Source of the DNA: Squalus acanthias
Lineage: Eukaryota
Assembly (NCBI GenBank): GCA_030390025.1
Contig: CM059444.1
Span: 46,748,001 to 46,812,000, forward strand
Direction: 5' to 3'
Length of the DNA stretch: 64,000 bases
Below, one piece after another: positions 1 to 10,339 of this stretch. The position numbers and the translations under genes were made by a program. Positions within the stretch are counted from its first letter, which is position 1, and each line of letters starts with the position of its first letter. The notes beneath the pieces are model-generated. The model had not been told where the DNA came from and did not search any database. It saw nothing but the letters and a program-made list of their open reading frames with translations.

Positions 1-165
1 GTTATAGTCCAACAGATTTCTTTAAAATTACAAGCTTTCGCACCTTTACCTGACAAAGGGGCGACAGCATTGCACCTTTACCTGACGAAGGGGCGACAGC
101 TCCGAAAGCTTGTAATTTTAAATAAATCTGTTGGACTATAACCTGGTGTTGTGCGACTTCTCATT
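1..165 (+). mobile_element. Penelope-like element terminus (partial tandem plus inverted pseudo-LTR) with hammerhead core
   Basis: 1-40 is an inverted copy of about 103-142; 41-68 is repeated directly at 73-100; contains CTGACGA...GAAA. Confidence 0.7.
78..115 (+). ncRNA. Minimal type I hammerhead ribozyme motif
   Basis: Stem I TTAC/GTAA, core CTGACGA, extra A, stem II GGGGC-GACA-GCTCC, GAAA, palindromic AAGCTT stem III. Confidence 0.6.
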
Positions 166-169
166 TTTG

Positions 170-500
170 GCCAAGAGATTTAACAGAGACATTGAAAATT
201 ATCAAGCATTTTAACAGAGTGAATTGGAAAATACTATTTCTTCTGGCTGGGGAGTTAATGACAAGAGATCACCAATTTCAAATTATCCCCAAGAGTGCAA
301 TGAGAGGTGTTCGGAGAAATTTCTTTATGCAGAGTGTTGTTGAGGCATCTTTTAAGGGAAAACTGCATAAATATTTGAAGTGGGGAATGATACAATGTAG
401 AGGGCAAGGCAGTGGGACTAATTTTGGATTGCTCTAGCAAAGAGCAAAGACATAAGGATCCGAACAGCCTCTTTCTGTGCTGTAAAATTCTGTAGTTTTA
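170..500 (+). mobile_element. Degraded CR1 LINE 3' end
   Basis: Similar to the CR1 3' ends at about 38250-38600 and 58210-58420. Confidence 0.6.
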
Positions 501-1084
501 CTTCTATGAAACACCATGAATGGGACTAAAAAGAATTGCACACACCGGGAGTGAGACTAACTCACTCAGGCTGTAACTGACTGCATTGGCACTAAAAAAG
601 GCAAAGGCAGATGATCGCCAAAGAAAATGTTTTAATGTTATTCCCAGCTGATGGCCAGAAACCTGGTGAGGGCGGGTAATGGATTAAACACTGTTCCCTG
701 CAGGGAACCAGCAGGTTAATGGCCAATTAAAATGTTAAATACTGTTGCCGGCAGGGAACCTGTGGGCAAAGTCTGCTGACTGCAAATACAAATTTAAACA
801 GCGTTTCTGGCTGATGGTTGGGAACTTGCAGGCAAGGCCGCCTGACAACCAAATAAAATATTGATATAGTGTTTTATCATTACAAATGCTAACATAAAAA
901 GCATGATTTAAAAATCATGACACAGAAAGTAAACTTAGTGTGTACAGAAGTATAAACCATTCGCAAGATTTTTATATATTAAAGATTTTTTTTTACATAT
1001 AGTGCACATCTATAAGAAATCACACTTGAAAAGTGGTTATCACACCTCAAAAGTGTCCATCATGCAAAAATATATTTTTTTATA

Positions 1085-1500
1085 TTCGTTCAAGGAATGT
1101 GGGCTTCGCTGGCAAGGCTAGCATTTATTGCCCAGCCCGAATTGCCCTTGAGTGGCTTGCTAGGCCATTTCAGAAGGCAGTTAAGAGTCAACCACATTGC
1201 TGTGGGTCTGGAGTCACATGTAGGCCAGACATAGAAACATAGAAAAATAGGAGCAGGAGTAGGCCATTCGGCCCCTCGAGCCTGCTCCGCCATTCAATAT
1301 GATCATGGCTGATCCTCTATCTCAATACCATATTCCCGCTCTCTCCCCATACCCCTTGATGCCTTTTGTGTCCAGACCAGGTAAGGATGGCAGATTTCCT
1401 TCCCTAAAGGACATTAGTGAACCAGATGGGTTTTTACGACATTCCGGTAGTTTCATGGTCACCATTACTGATACTAGCTTTTTATTCCAGATTTTTATGG
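1085..1500 (-). mobile_element. SINE (probably MetaSINE-type) sharing its 3' tail with the LINE at 26165-27455, interrupted by a CR1 3' end at about 1229-1370
   Basis: 1085-1150 is the reverse complement of the tail at about 27378-27450; body contains TAATGGTGACCATGAAACT...CTGGTTCACTAATGTCCTT; CCAGAC flanks the CR1 insert on both sides. Confidence 0.6.
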
Positions 1501-1705
1501 TTGGTTAAAATAATCCTTAACTAATCATACCGATTGGATGAAGTATTCTGTCATTGTCGAAAGGTAAATGAACCAAAAACCATTTAATTCACTGGACAGG
1601 CAAGAAAAGCTACCCATCAGCAATGAGAAAACAGCACTAAATCAGCTAAGCAAACCACCCAATTAAATCAGTACAGTAATTTATTTTCTTAAACCCAGCA
1701 ATCTG

Positions 1706-1899
1706 TGTCGTAAGAATGAGCCTTACGCGTGGTGAACTTAAAGTAAGCTTTAATCAACTAAAAAGGTGCTACATACAAAAGAGGTCTTACTCTATGCCTC
1801 TCCAGGATCCAACTGCTCAGTCCAGTATTTATCCTGGACTAATCACAGGAAGTGATGCAATAAAGTTCGAGTCACAGGAAGCTGTATTGTGTTACCACA
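1706..1899 (-). repeat. 3' LTR of the Gypsy element
   Basis: Identical by eye to 5953-6146; preceded on the minus strand by a G-run plus AGAA polypurine tract (about 1900-1911). Confidence 0.96.
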
Positions 1900-1917
1900 T
1901 TCTCCCCCCCCAAAAGA

Positions 1918-4900
1918 TTAGGAGGCCGGGATGCTCCCTCCATTTCGTAGCCGCCGGACGAGGGAGAGCCGCACCCGTTTGGGTTCTCGTAGCGGTAGAT
2001 GGCCCCTAGCCCGTTTACCCGCCGCGGGCCGTGGACCAGAGTCCGAGTGATCCAGCCCGCTCTGTGAGGGGTCAGGACGATCCTGACTGTGTACTGGTGC
2101 CCGAACGGGTGTCGGGCAGGGCTGTGGCAGATCAGTTTCCGAGCGTATGGTACGGGGTGGATCATGGCTGCGCGTGCGAGCCCCGACGGGCTCATAGTCA
2201 GTCTGCCCCAGGTCGGCACGCTGGAGTGAGGTACCAGCCGGCGTCAGATCCAGATCGTGATGAGAGGCACCTGGCGAGCCCAGAGATGTGCCTGGTACAA
2301 TATCATCCCCTGGTGTCCCTCTATGTTTCGGCGGGCAGGGAGCCAGATCCCGCAATGACACGGTAGATTCCCGACCGTCAGGATACCGAATATAGGCGTA
2401 GGTAGGGTTGACGTCAGTGAGCTCAACCTCATCTACCAGGGGGTCATTCTTAGACGCCCGAACATATCTTCGGAGTAGCACTGGTCCCGGTGCAGTCAGC
2501 CACGACGGGAGAGATATCCCATAGGATGAGCGACGCTGAAATCGGAAGAACCGTTCATGAGGCGTCGTATTTGTGGCGGTCGAAAGGAGGGACCGTGTGG
2601 AGTGTAATGCGTCTGGAAGTACTGCTTCCCATTGCTGGTTGGGTAGGCCCCGAGATCTCAAAGCCAGGCGTACCGCATTCCAGATGATAGCGTTAAAACG
2701 CTCGACTTGCCCATTCCCGACCGGATGATAAGGCGTCGTTCTGCTGGCAGCAATACCCCGTTCCGAGAGATAGGCCTTGAGTTCTCCTGACATAAAAGAA
2801 GGGCCCCGATCCGAATGAACATAGGATGCCATGCCACAGAAAGCAAATACCTGCTCAAGGCAGCTGATAACCGTGGTCGTCAGCATATTGGGGCAGGGAA
2901 AGGCAAACGGAAAACGGGAATACTCATCGACCATGGTCAATAGATAAGTGTTGCGAGTTGAAGAGGGCAACGGCCCCTTAAAATCGATGCTAAGCCGTTG
3001 CATTGGCTGGGTCGCATGTATGAGTATACCACCCGAGGGGCGGAAAAACTGAGGTTTCAATTCCGCACAGACTCTGCAGTCCGAGCACATCTTCTTTACA
3101 TCCCCGGTAGAGAATGGGAGATTTCGGGACCGCACGAAGTGTAGCATGCGAGTAACGCCTGGATGACACAACCCATCATGGATGTCTACGAGCGTAGAGG
3201 GTGCCATGGCGGAGCAGAATGCTCGTGTGAGGGTATCCGGAGCCACATTCTCCTTGCCAGGTCGATAGTGGATGGTGTAACCAAAAGAGGCCAATTCCAG
3301 CCGCCAAAGCTGGATTTTATTATTTTTAATTTTGGTCCGTTTTCGATTATCGAGCATGAAGGCGACCGATCGCTGGTCCGTGATTAAGGTAAAGTGCTGG
3401 CGAGCTAGGAGATGAGTCCACTTCCGTACTGCCTCTATGATGGCTGTAGCTTCTTTTTCGACTGGAGGATAATGTAGCTCAGCCCCTTGAAAAGTCCTGG
3501 ACAAAAATGCCACCGGACGACCTTCCTGATTCAGAGTGGCCGAGATCGCCACCTCCGAGGCATCACACTCAACGACAAAAGGAAGACTCTCATCGATGGA
3601 GTGAAGAGCCGCTTTCTCCAACTGTTTTTTCAGGAGGTTAAAGGCTGCAACAGCCGCTGTATCTAGTGGGAATGTGCTGGCCTTCAGTAGAGGTTGGATT
3701 CGGTCCGAGAAGTTAGGAATCCATTTAGCATAGTATGCAAACAGGCCGAGGGCCCGGCGCAAGGAGGCCGGATTCTTAGGTGGCGGGAGCTCTTGGAGTG
3801 GGCGAAGCCTTTCAGGGTCAGGTTTAATGATGCCATTGCCCACACAATAGCCAAGGATGTTGATGGTTGGTTGTGACTCAATGGATTTAGCCGCATTTAA
3901 TGTCAAATTACGGTGCTGGAGTGCATCCCAAAATCGTTGGAGATTGGCGTCATGTTCCCGCTGATTGCGACCTGCGACAGTAATATTGTCCAGATAAGGA
4001 AACGTATCCTTCAAGTCTTCCTGTTTGACCAGGTCATCCATTGCTCGCTGGAAGACAGCCACTCCATTAGTGACCCCAAAGGGGAGGCGACGAAATTGAT
4101 ACAGCCGTCCATTGGCTTCAAAGGCCGTATACTGCTTGTCTGAGACCTTCAAGGGTACCTGATGATAGGCACTTTTCAGATCATATGTTGAGAACACCGT
4201 GTACTCAGCCAGTTTATTAACCATATCATCGATGCGCGGCAATGGGTATGCGTCCAAGTCCGTATATTGATTGATGATCTGTGAATAGTCAATGCACAGC
4301 CGTTTCTTGTGAGGTTGTAGAGGGTTCTTAACAATAACGACCTGGGCGCGCCATGGCGACGAACAAGGCTCGATGATATCCTCTGCTAAAAGCCGAGAAA
4401 TCTCAGCCGCAATAAAAGACTGGTCTTCCTGACTGAAACGTCGTGACTTTGTTATAATCGGTTTGCATCGAGGAGGGATACTGGTAAACAGTGAGGGTTC
4501 ATCCAGTGAAGCTGCTGACAATGCACAGAACGGTAATCGAGGTCGTATATTAGAAATAGTGAGTTCAGGTTTGGATCCGCCGAACTCAATGGTGAGCTTC
4601 TTATGCTGCTTTTGAAAATCCAGCCCCAAGATAAGATCACTACATAAGTCCTTGAGCACCGAAAGCCGGGTGGAGGGATACCTGCGACCATTAAGTGTTA
4701 TTTCAACCATACAAAAGCCAGAAATTCTGGTATTAAGTGATGACTGAGCCATCGCAATTGCCTGGTCTGATGGGAAAACATGTAGCTTTAACTCTGCAAC
4801 AATCTGTTCCCTAATGAAACTATCAGTGCTACCTGAGTCAATTAAGGCATCTAAAGTATGTCCATTAATTGATGCTTTTGTAGCTGCATGGAATAGGTTC

Positions 4901-5874
4901 TGAGGACAAGCAGCTGTAATTGGTGTTGTTGCACAAAGAGTGGCTGAAACTCTAGGTGTGTTTCTTCGAGAGAAAACCCGAGAGGAAGCACGATAGATTT
5001 TAGCCGGAACATCTTGATAGGCCCTTACCGGGGCAGTTCGGTAGGACTTAGCTTGATAAGCCCTCGTAGAGGCTCTTGATAGGCAAACCTTTGCAAAATG
5101 ACCCTTTTTGTTGCAATGACTGCAAAACGCATTGCGAGCAGGGCAGAATTTCCAAGGGTGAAACTCATCACCACAAAAGAAGCATTTCTTAGATTGCCAA
5201 GAGGCTGCCACAGTGGGGTCATCATCCTCTTCATCAGTGAAGTCATCAGATTGATCGTCGGGGATAAAGTCCTCCCTAATAGAGTTCACCTGTGGCCTCT
5301 TAAATTGCCTGACTGTAGTTAAGGCAGCAGACCGAGGTCTGGGCACTGTATAAAGGTCTGCATTTCTTTTTGCCAGATCTAGAGAGCAAGCCATGTCATA
5401 AGCTCTCTGAAGCTCAAGTGTCTTACTTTCCAGTAGACGCTGGCGTATAAATGGGGAGGCAAGCCCGCAGATGAAAGCATCACGGATCATTTCTTCACGG
5501 TACAGCTCAGCTGAGGCCGCCTGAAAGTTACAGTCCATACTAAGTCTGCGAAGCTCTTGGAGGAATTTATCAATGGATTCCTCCGGCCCTTGTTGGGCTG
5601 TAGCTAGTAGATGTCTGGCATAGACCTCATTCGGTGTCTTAGTATATAGTCTCTTAAGCTTCCGAATTGCCTCCTCGTAACTGTCCCATTCCTCCACATA
5701 CTGAAATACATTCGGGGTGACACAGTTGATGAGTATCCGCAACTTTGAGTCATCATCAGCCTTACAATATTCCAGAAAATTGTCAAACGTGCGATACCAG
5801 TGTTTCCACACCTTACCGGCTGCTGGGGTGTTTGGGTCCAAGTCAAGACGCGATGGTTTAAGGATGTTTTCCAT
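1918..5874 (-). CDS. Gypsy Gag-Pol polyprotein, 1318 aa, uninterrupted
   Basis: Zinc knuckles (CFFCGDEFHPWKFC, CSHCNKKGHFAKVC), protease LIDSGST, RT (YDLKSAYHQ, LPFG, YLDN), RNase H (VECDAS, EKEATA, TDQR), integrase HHCC and D-D-E (SIDF, HSDRG, GQVER). Confidence 0.96.
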   Translation of the reverse strand: MENILKPSRLDLDPNTPAAGKVWKHWYRTFDNFLEYCKADDDSKLRILINCVTPNVFQYVEEWDSYEEAIRKLKRLYTKTPNEVYARHLLATAQQGPEESIDKFLQELRRLSMDCNFQAASAELYREEMIRDAFICGLASPFIRQRLLESKTLELQRAYDMACSLDLAKRNADLYTVPRPRSAALTTVRQFKRPQVNSIREDFIPDDQSDDFTDEEDDDPTVAASWQSKKCFFCGDEFHPWKFCPARNAFCSHCNKKGHFAKVCLSRASTRAYQAKSYRTAPVRAYQDVPAKIYRASSRVFSRRNTPRVSATLCATTPITAACPQNLFHAATKASINGHTLDALIDSGSTDSFIREQIVAELKLHVFPSDQAIAMAQSSLNTRISGFCMVEITLNGRRYPSTRLSVLKDLCSDLILGLDFQKQHKKLTIEFGGSKPELTISNIRPRLPFCALSAASLDEPSLFTSIPPRCKPIITKSRRFSQEDQSFIAAEISRLLAEDIIEPCSSPWRAQVVIVKNPLQPHKKRLCIDYSQIINQYTDLDAYPLPRIDDMVNKLAEYTVFSTYDLKSAYHQVPLKVSDKQYTAFEANGRLYQFRRLPFGVTNGVAVFQRAMDDLVKQEDLKDTFPYLDNITVAGRNQREHDANLQRFWDALQHRNLTLNAAKSIESQPTINILGYCVGNGIIKPDPERLRPLQELPPPKNPASLRRALGLFAYYAKWIPNFSDRIQPLLKASTFPLDTAAVAAFNLLKKQLEKAALHSIDESLPFVVECDASEVAISATLNQEGRPVAFLSRTFQGAELHYPPVEKEATAIIEAVRKWTHLLARQHFTLITDQRSVAFMLDNRKRTKIKNNKIQLWRLELASFGYTIHYRPGKENVAPDTLTRAFCSAMAPSTLVDIHDGLCHPGVTRMLHFVRSRNLPFSTGDVKKMCSDCRVCAELKPQFFRPSGGILIHATQPMQRLSIDFKGPLPSSTRNTYLLTMVDEYSRFPFAFPCPNMLTTTVISCLEQVFAFCGMASYVHSDRGPSFMSGELKAYLSERGIAASRTTPYHPVGNGQVERFNAIIWNAVRLALRSRGLPNQQWEAVLPDALHSTRSLLSTATNTTPHERFFRFQRRSSYGISLPSWLTAPGPVLLRRYVRASKNDPLVDEVELTDVNPTYAYIRYPDGRESTVSLRDLAPCPPKHRGTPGDDIVPGTSLGSPGASHHDLDLTPAGTSLQRADLGQTDYEPVGARTRSHDPPRTIRSETDLPQPCPTPVRAPVHSQDRPDPSQSGLDHSDSGPRPAAGKRARGHLPLREPKRVRLSLVRRLRNGGSIPAS

Positions 5875-5952
5875 GATGGGTGATTCCCTGGATCCTTAGT
5901 TCCGAGTTCGTCCAAAAAGTTTGAGTGCGAAGTTTTCCAAAGTTGATTAAAT

Positions 5953-6146
5953 TGTCGTAAGAATGAGCCTTACGCGTGGTGAACTTAAAGTAAGCTTTAA
6001 TCAACTAAAAAGGTGCTACATACAAAAGAGGTCTTACTCTATGCCTCTCCAGGATCCAACTGCTCAGTCCAGTATTTATCCTGGACTAATCACAGGAAGT
6101 GATGCAATAAAGTTCGAGTCACAGGAAGCTGTATTGTGTTACCACA
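5953..6146 (-). repeat. 5' LTR of the Gypsy element
   Basis: Identical by eye to 1706-1899; TG...CA ends; ATTAAA poly(A)-signal variant on the minus strand. Confidence 0.96.
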
Positions 6147-6444
6147 ATCTGGTACCAGAAAACCAATCAAAACAACAAATTATCTTTTAAAATTTCTTTC
6201 AGCTGCTATTTTCGTTCCTTCCCTGGTCAGTATATACAGGTAAAAATATTTAATATCAAACATAGAGAAATTACATAAGTATGGAAAAAAAACTAAAATA
6301 AAATAATCTTCCAGTATTGTGATAGACCGTACTGCCAGTCTTCTGAAGGCTCAACACCCTTGTTCATCAAGGGTAAACAGGTGCTCCAGTTTACTATCAG
6401 TTCCAAACCTCTGAAACCAAATCCAAAGCTATGATACAAAATAT

Positions 6445-7405
6445 TACCACCCCCTTTTGCCTTGCACCTTCATCCCTTTTGTCATTTAATCACGCCTGGC
6501 TTCCACCCGATCACAGACCTTCCCTTTTCCTCCCCTCCCTGCCTCTGTACCTGCTTTAAAAACCATTAAATTTCTAACATTTTCCAGTTCTGACGAAAGG
6601 TGATCGACCCAAAATGTTGGGGGTAATTTTAACTCCCAAAAATGGGTGGGATGGTAAAATCTTTAAAATCTCGAACCCAACCCGCTTATATTCCGCCCAT
6701 TTCTGGTTTTAAAGAGGCGGGACGGGGTTGACCAATTCGCTCCCAGGAGATGGGTCGCTCATTTAAATATTTTAATGAGGCTGCATGCCTCAGATTTTAT
6801 CTCTCTTCCTGCCTTAACACTGGCCAGCCAGGTTTCCCGGGCCTCAGAAAACCCAGCACCTAAAAGGAGACGAGGAATGCTGCATGGAAGAGGCAAGTGC
6901 TTTTCCAGCACTGCATGTGGGCCAGGAGGAGCAGGAGTGTTTCCCCCAGCCCCCCAAGCAAACTTGCTTCCCACTTCACGCGATCGGACCCCCACCACCG
7001 CGATTACCGACCCCCCTCCCAGCTCTGTCCGACCCCCCGCGATCATCCCCCGACCCTCCAAACCACACTATACCTCCCCCACCCACCCCACCCCCACAAT
7101 CTCTATCCCGAGCAGCAGGAAAGCTATCTGCTCCTGGGCTGCAGCCTCTTCTGGAGTGTTCTCCACCCAGCAGGGAGCTAAGCCTGTCAATCAGGCTGGC
7201 ATCTGGGTGGAGAACCTGTTTTAAAAACAAACGCACGCTGTGGAGTTAACCCAGAAGTCCACACCCCCACTTGGAAATCGCGCCCCAGTAAATAGGGGCA
7301 GTTAACTCTGTTTCTCTCTCCACAGGTGCTGCCTGACCTGCTGAGTATTTCCAGCATTTTCTGCTTCTATTTCAGATTTCCAGCATCCGCAGTATTTTGC
7401 TTTTG
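6445..7405 (+). mobile_element. Penelope-like terminus split by a Harbinger-type MITE (about 6619-7305)
   Basis: Flanks rejoin to match 34700-34835; insert begins GGGGGTAATTTT and its right TIR appears truncated. Confidence 0.6.
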
Positions 7406-8019
7406 TTTATCTTTGCTCAGTTCCTTGCTCAACTTTAATATACTTTCAGGAAATACCACACAAGCTATTTGTTACAAGAGACTTGCAATAATAGAATTTG
7501 TTATTATAAGTTTGCCCCTTCCCCTTTGTGAGATTAAAACAAATATCCAAAATGCTCAGTCAAGCCATTAAAGACAAGGCACAAAGAAGAACAATTCCAT
7601 AATTGACAGACTCCATACCACCCAAGGATTTGGTTGCAGTTATATAAGAGTCTTTATGACTGCAGGCAATTGGGTATTTAATTGTATATTCTGTTAAAAC
7701 AAGTTAGCAGTATCCTAAAGTTTCCCACAATCATGTTTTCCTGACATAGATAAGAATTTTAGAAAACACTTTAAATAAATATTCTCACCACCAGCAGTGA
7801 CTGTAACTCTGCCTCGGGTTCCAAAGAACAACTATGAGCCAAAATTTTGAAACATGAAAGATGATCAATATTACAAACTAAACATTCTGCAAGTTACCTT
7901 CACTACAAAAAAAAAAACTCAAATACTGTATATAGAATGGTGCTTGGAAGCACATTTTGTAACAGATGGATTTCCTTGTTCTCATCTATACAGCAACAAA
8001 ATATGTTAGATGGGGAAAT

Positions 8020-9340
8020 TAAGAACGTAAGAAATAGGAGCAGGAGTAGGCCATTTGGCCCTTCGAGCCTGCTCCGCCATTCAGTAAGATCATGGCTGAT
8101 CTTCTACCTCAACTCCACTTTCCTGCACTATCCCCATATCCCTTGATTCCCTTAATATTCAAAAATCTATCGATCTCTGTCTTGAATATACTCGACGGCT
8201 TAGCCTCCACAGCCCTCTGGGGTAGAGAATGACAAAGATTCAGCACCCTCTGAGTGAAGAATTTTCTCCTAATCTCAGTCCTAAATGGCTGACCCTTTAT
8301 TCTGAGACTGTGACCCCTGGTTCGAGACACCCCAGCCAGGGGAAACATCCTCCCAGCATCTACCCTGTCAAGTCTTGTAAGAATTTTGCATGTTTCAATG
8401 AGATCACCTCTCATTCTTCTAAACTCTAGAGAATATAGGCCTAGTCTACTCAATCTCTCTTCATAGGACAATCTTCCCCATCCCAGGAATCAGTCTGGTG
8501 AACCTTTGTTGCACTCCCTCTATGGCAAGTATATTCTTCCTTAGGTAAGGAGACCAAAACTGTACACAATACTCCAGGTGTGGTCTCACCAGGGCCCTAT
8601 ATAATGGCAGTAAGACGTCTTTACTCTTATACTCAAATCCTTTTGTAATAAAGGCCAACATACTATTTGCTTTCCTAATTGCTTGCTGTACCTGCATGGT
8701 AACTTTCAGTGATTCTTGTACAAGGACACCCAGGTCCCTCTGAACACCAACATTTCCCAATCTCTCACTATTTAAAAAAATACTCTGCTTTTCTATTTTT
8801 CCTATCAAAGTGGATAACTTCACATTTCTCCACATTATATTCCATTTGCCATGTTCTTGCCCACTCACGTAGCTTGTCTATATCCCCTTGAAGCCTCTTT
8901 GCATCCTCCTCACAACTTACATTCCCTCTTGGCTTTGTATCATCAGCAAACTTGGATATATTAATTTGGTTCCCTCATCCAAATCATTGATATAGATTGT
9001 GAATAGCTGAGGCCCAAGCACTGATCCTTGATACCCCACTAGTTACAGCCTGCCAACCCGAAAATGACCCGTTTATTCCTACTCTCTGTTTTCTGTCTGT
9101 TAACCAATCCTCAATCCATGCTAGTATATTACCCCAATCCCATGAGCCCTAATTTTGTTTAATAACCTCTTGTGTGGCACCTTATCGAATGTCTTCTGAA
9201 AATCCAAATATACCACATCCACTGGTTTCCCCCTTATCTATTCTGCTAGTTACAACCTCAAAAAACTCCAAGAGATTCGTCAAACATAATTTCCCTTTCA
9301 TAAATCCGTGCTGACTCTGCCCAATCCTATTATTATTTTC
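8020..9340 (-). mobile_element. CR1 (HER1-like) LINE, 5'-truncated
   Basis: RT C-terminal peptides (LVRPHLEYCVQFWSP, RRMRGDLIE) in broken frames; typical 3' UTR and tail. Confidence 0.9.
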
Positions 9341-10079
9341 TAAATTGCAACACTGCAAATTGAACCCTTTCAACATCATGGATGAGTTTACTTGTCTGGG
9401 TACTGTCAGGCTGCAGAACCCGTAGATCATCAGTCACATGCACAGCATACACAGACCTATCCTGTCGGGATTGCATCGATATCCAATATTAGAAATGGCA
9501 GTGGGGGTGTAACCCAAAAGCTAACTTTTTTTTAGGCCAAGCATCTCAAATCTAACTGAGAAGCCTCGTTTACTCTCACTAGCTGATATTTGGGTGAAGG
9601 ACATGGACGCTAAGAAGGGAGGTTAAAGCCTCATATCCAGTACCAAACTCAAGGGCTAGCACAGTCGGAACTAGGAGGATGATTCCTCCTTCTGTGAGGA
9701 GGAGATACTCCACTCGGAAGTGACAGAAAATAGTCTGCTGCAAGGAGGTCATTCTCAAAGATATCTTAAAGTTAGCACCCATGAAGAACCTGAGGTCTTG
9801 TATTAGCTCCAGTTGAGATTTCTTGAAATTCAAAAGAAACCAGAGGAAATTAAACAATCTGAAATGTTGTCCTTGGAGCCTAAAGAAAAGCCCTCTTTAT
9901 AATATGCACTTCTTTGACAGGATATGCAAAACCAACTAACTTAAAATGGAGGGCAATAGCAAAAAAAACTCTAGCCACAGTCTTACATAGACAGTTACAC
10001 CATGCAAGCACAGAGACCCACCGCTATCAAAATAAGAACATTCCTACAGAAACAAAGAATTCTGAAGTAACCAGCTCAC

Positions 10080-10213
10080 CTGATGACCATGGAGGGTGTA
10101 GAGTAACTTCCCCTCCAGTAAATCAAGTATCTTCAGCGTTGAATCATTAGATGCAGTGATGAGGTAGTTTCCATTTGGATGGAAAGAGAGGCAGTTTACC
10201 ACAGCACTATGCA
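10080..10213 (-). CDS. POC1A: POC1A coding exon 7 ([45 protein letters not shown]); later exons lie left of the window
   Basis: 134 nt, ttacag|TG...CAG|gtgag; inside ORF 10044..10313. I found no exon-8-like peptide in 1-10079. Confidence 0.95.
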
Positions 10214-10339
10214 CTGTAAGAAAATAAAGATTACCTAACTTAACGGTCTTCATTCTTTGAATGCAAGTACCCGACGTACCAACAGGTTTTCCAAAATAGA
10301 AAAGCCTGACCATTTTGGAATTAATGACCTCAGTTCAAT

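Larger units (their letters stand above)
1706..6146 (-). mobile_element. Full-length Ty3/Gypsy LTR retrotransposon
   Basis: Two 194-bp TG...CA LTRs, 5-bp TSD ATCTG (1701-1705 and 6147-6151), polypurine tract next to the 3' LTR, single ORF with PR-RT-RH-IN order. Confidence 0.97.

Noticed and set aside
1716-2009. Twin ORFs starting MSLTRGELK (also 5963..6190)
   Set aside because: Antisense reading of the two identical LTRs.
6300-6410. POC1A exon 8 candidate (contains DEQ)
   Set aside because: Peptide does not align to the expected GP....FS..G.YFASGG.DEQ and reaches a stop.
6318-6414. C/D box snoRNA
   Set aside because: C box has two mismatches and it would be antisense to the host gene.
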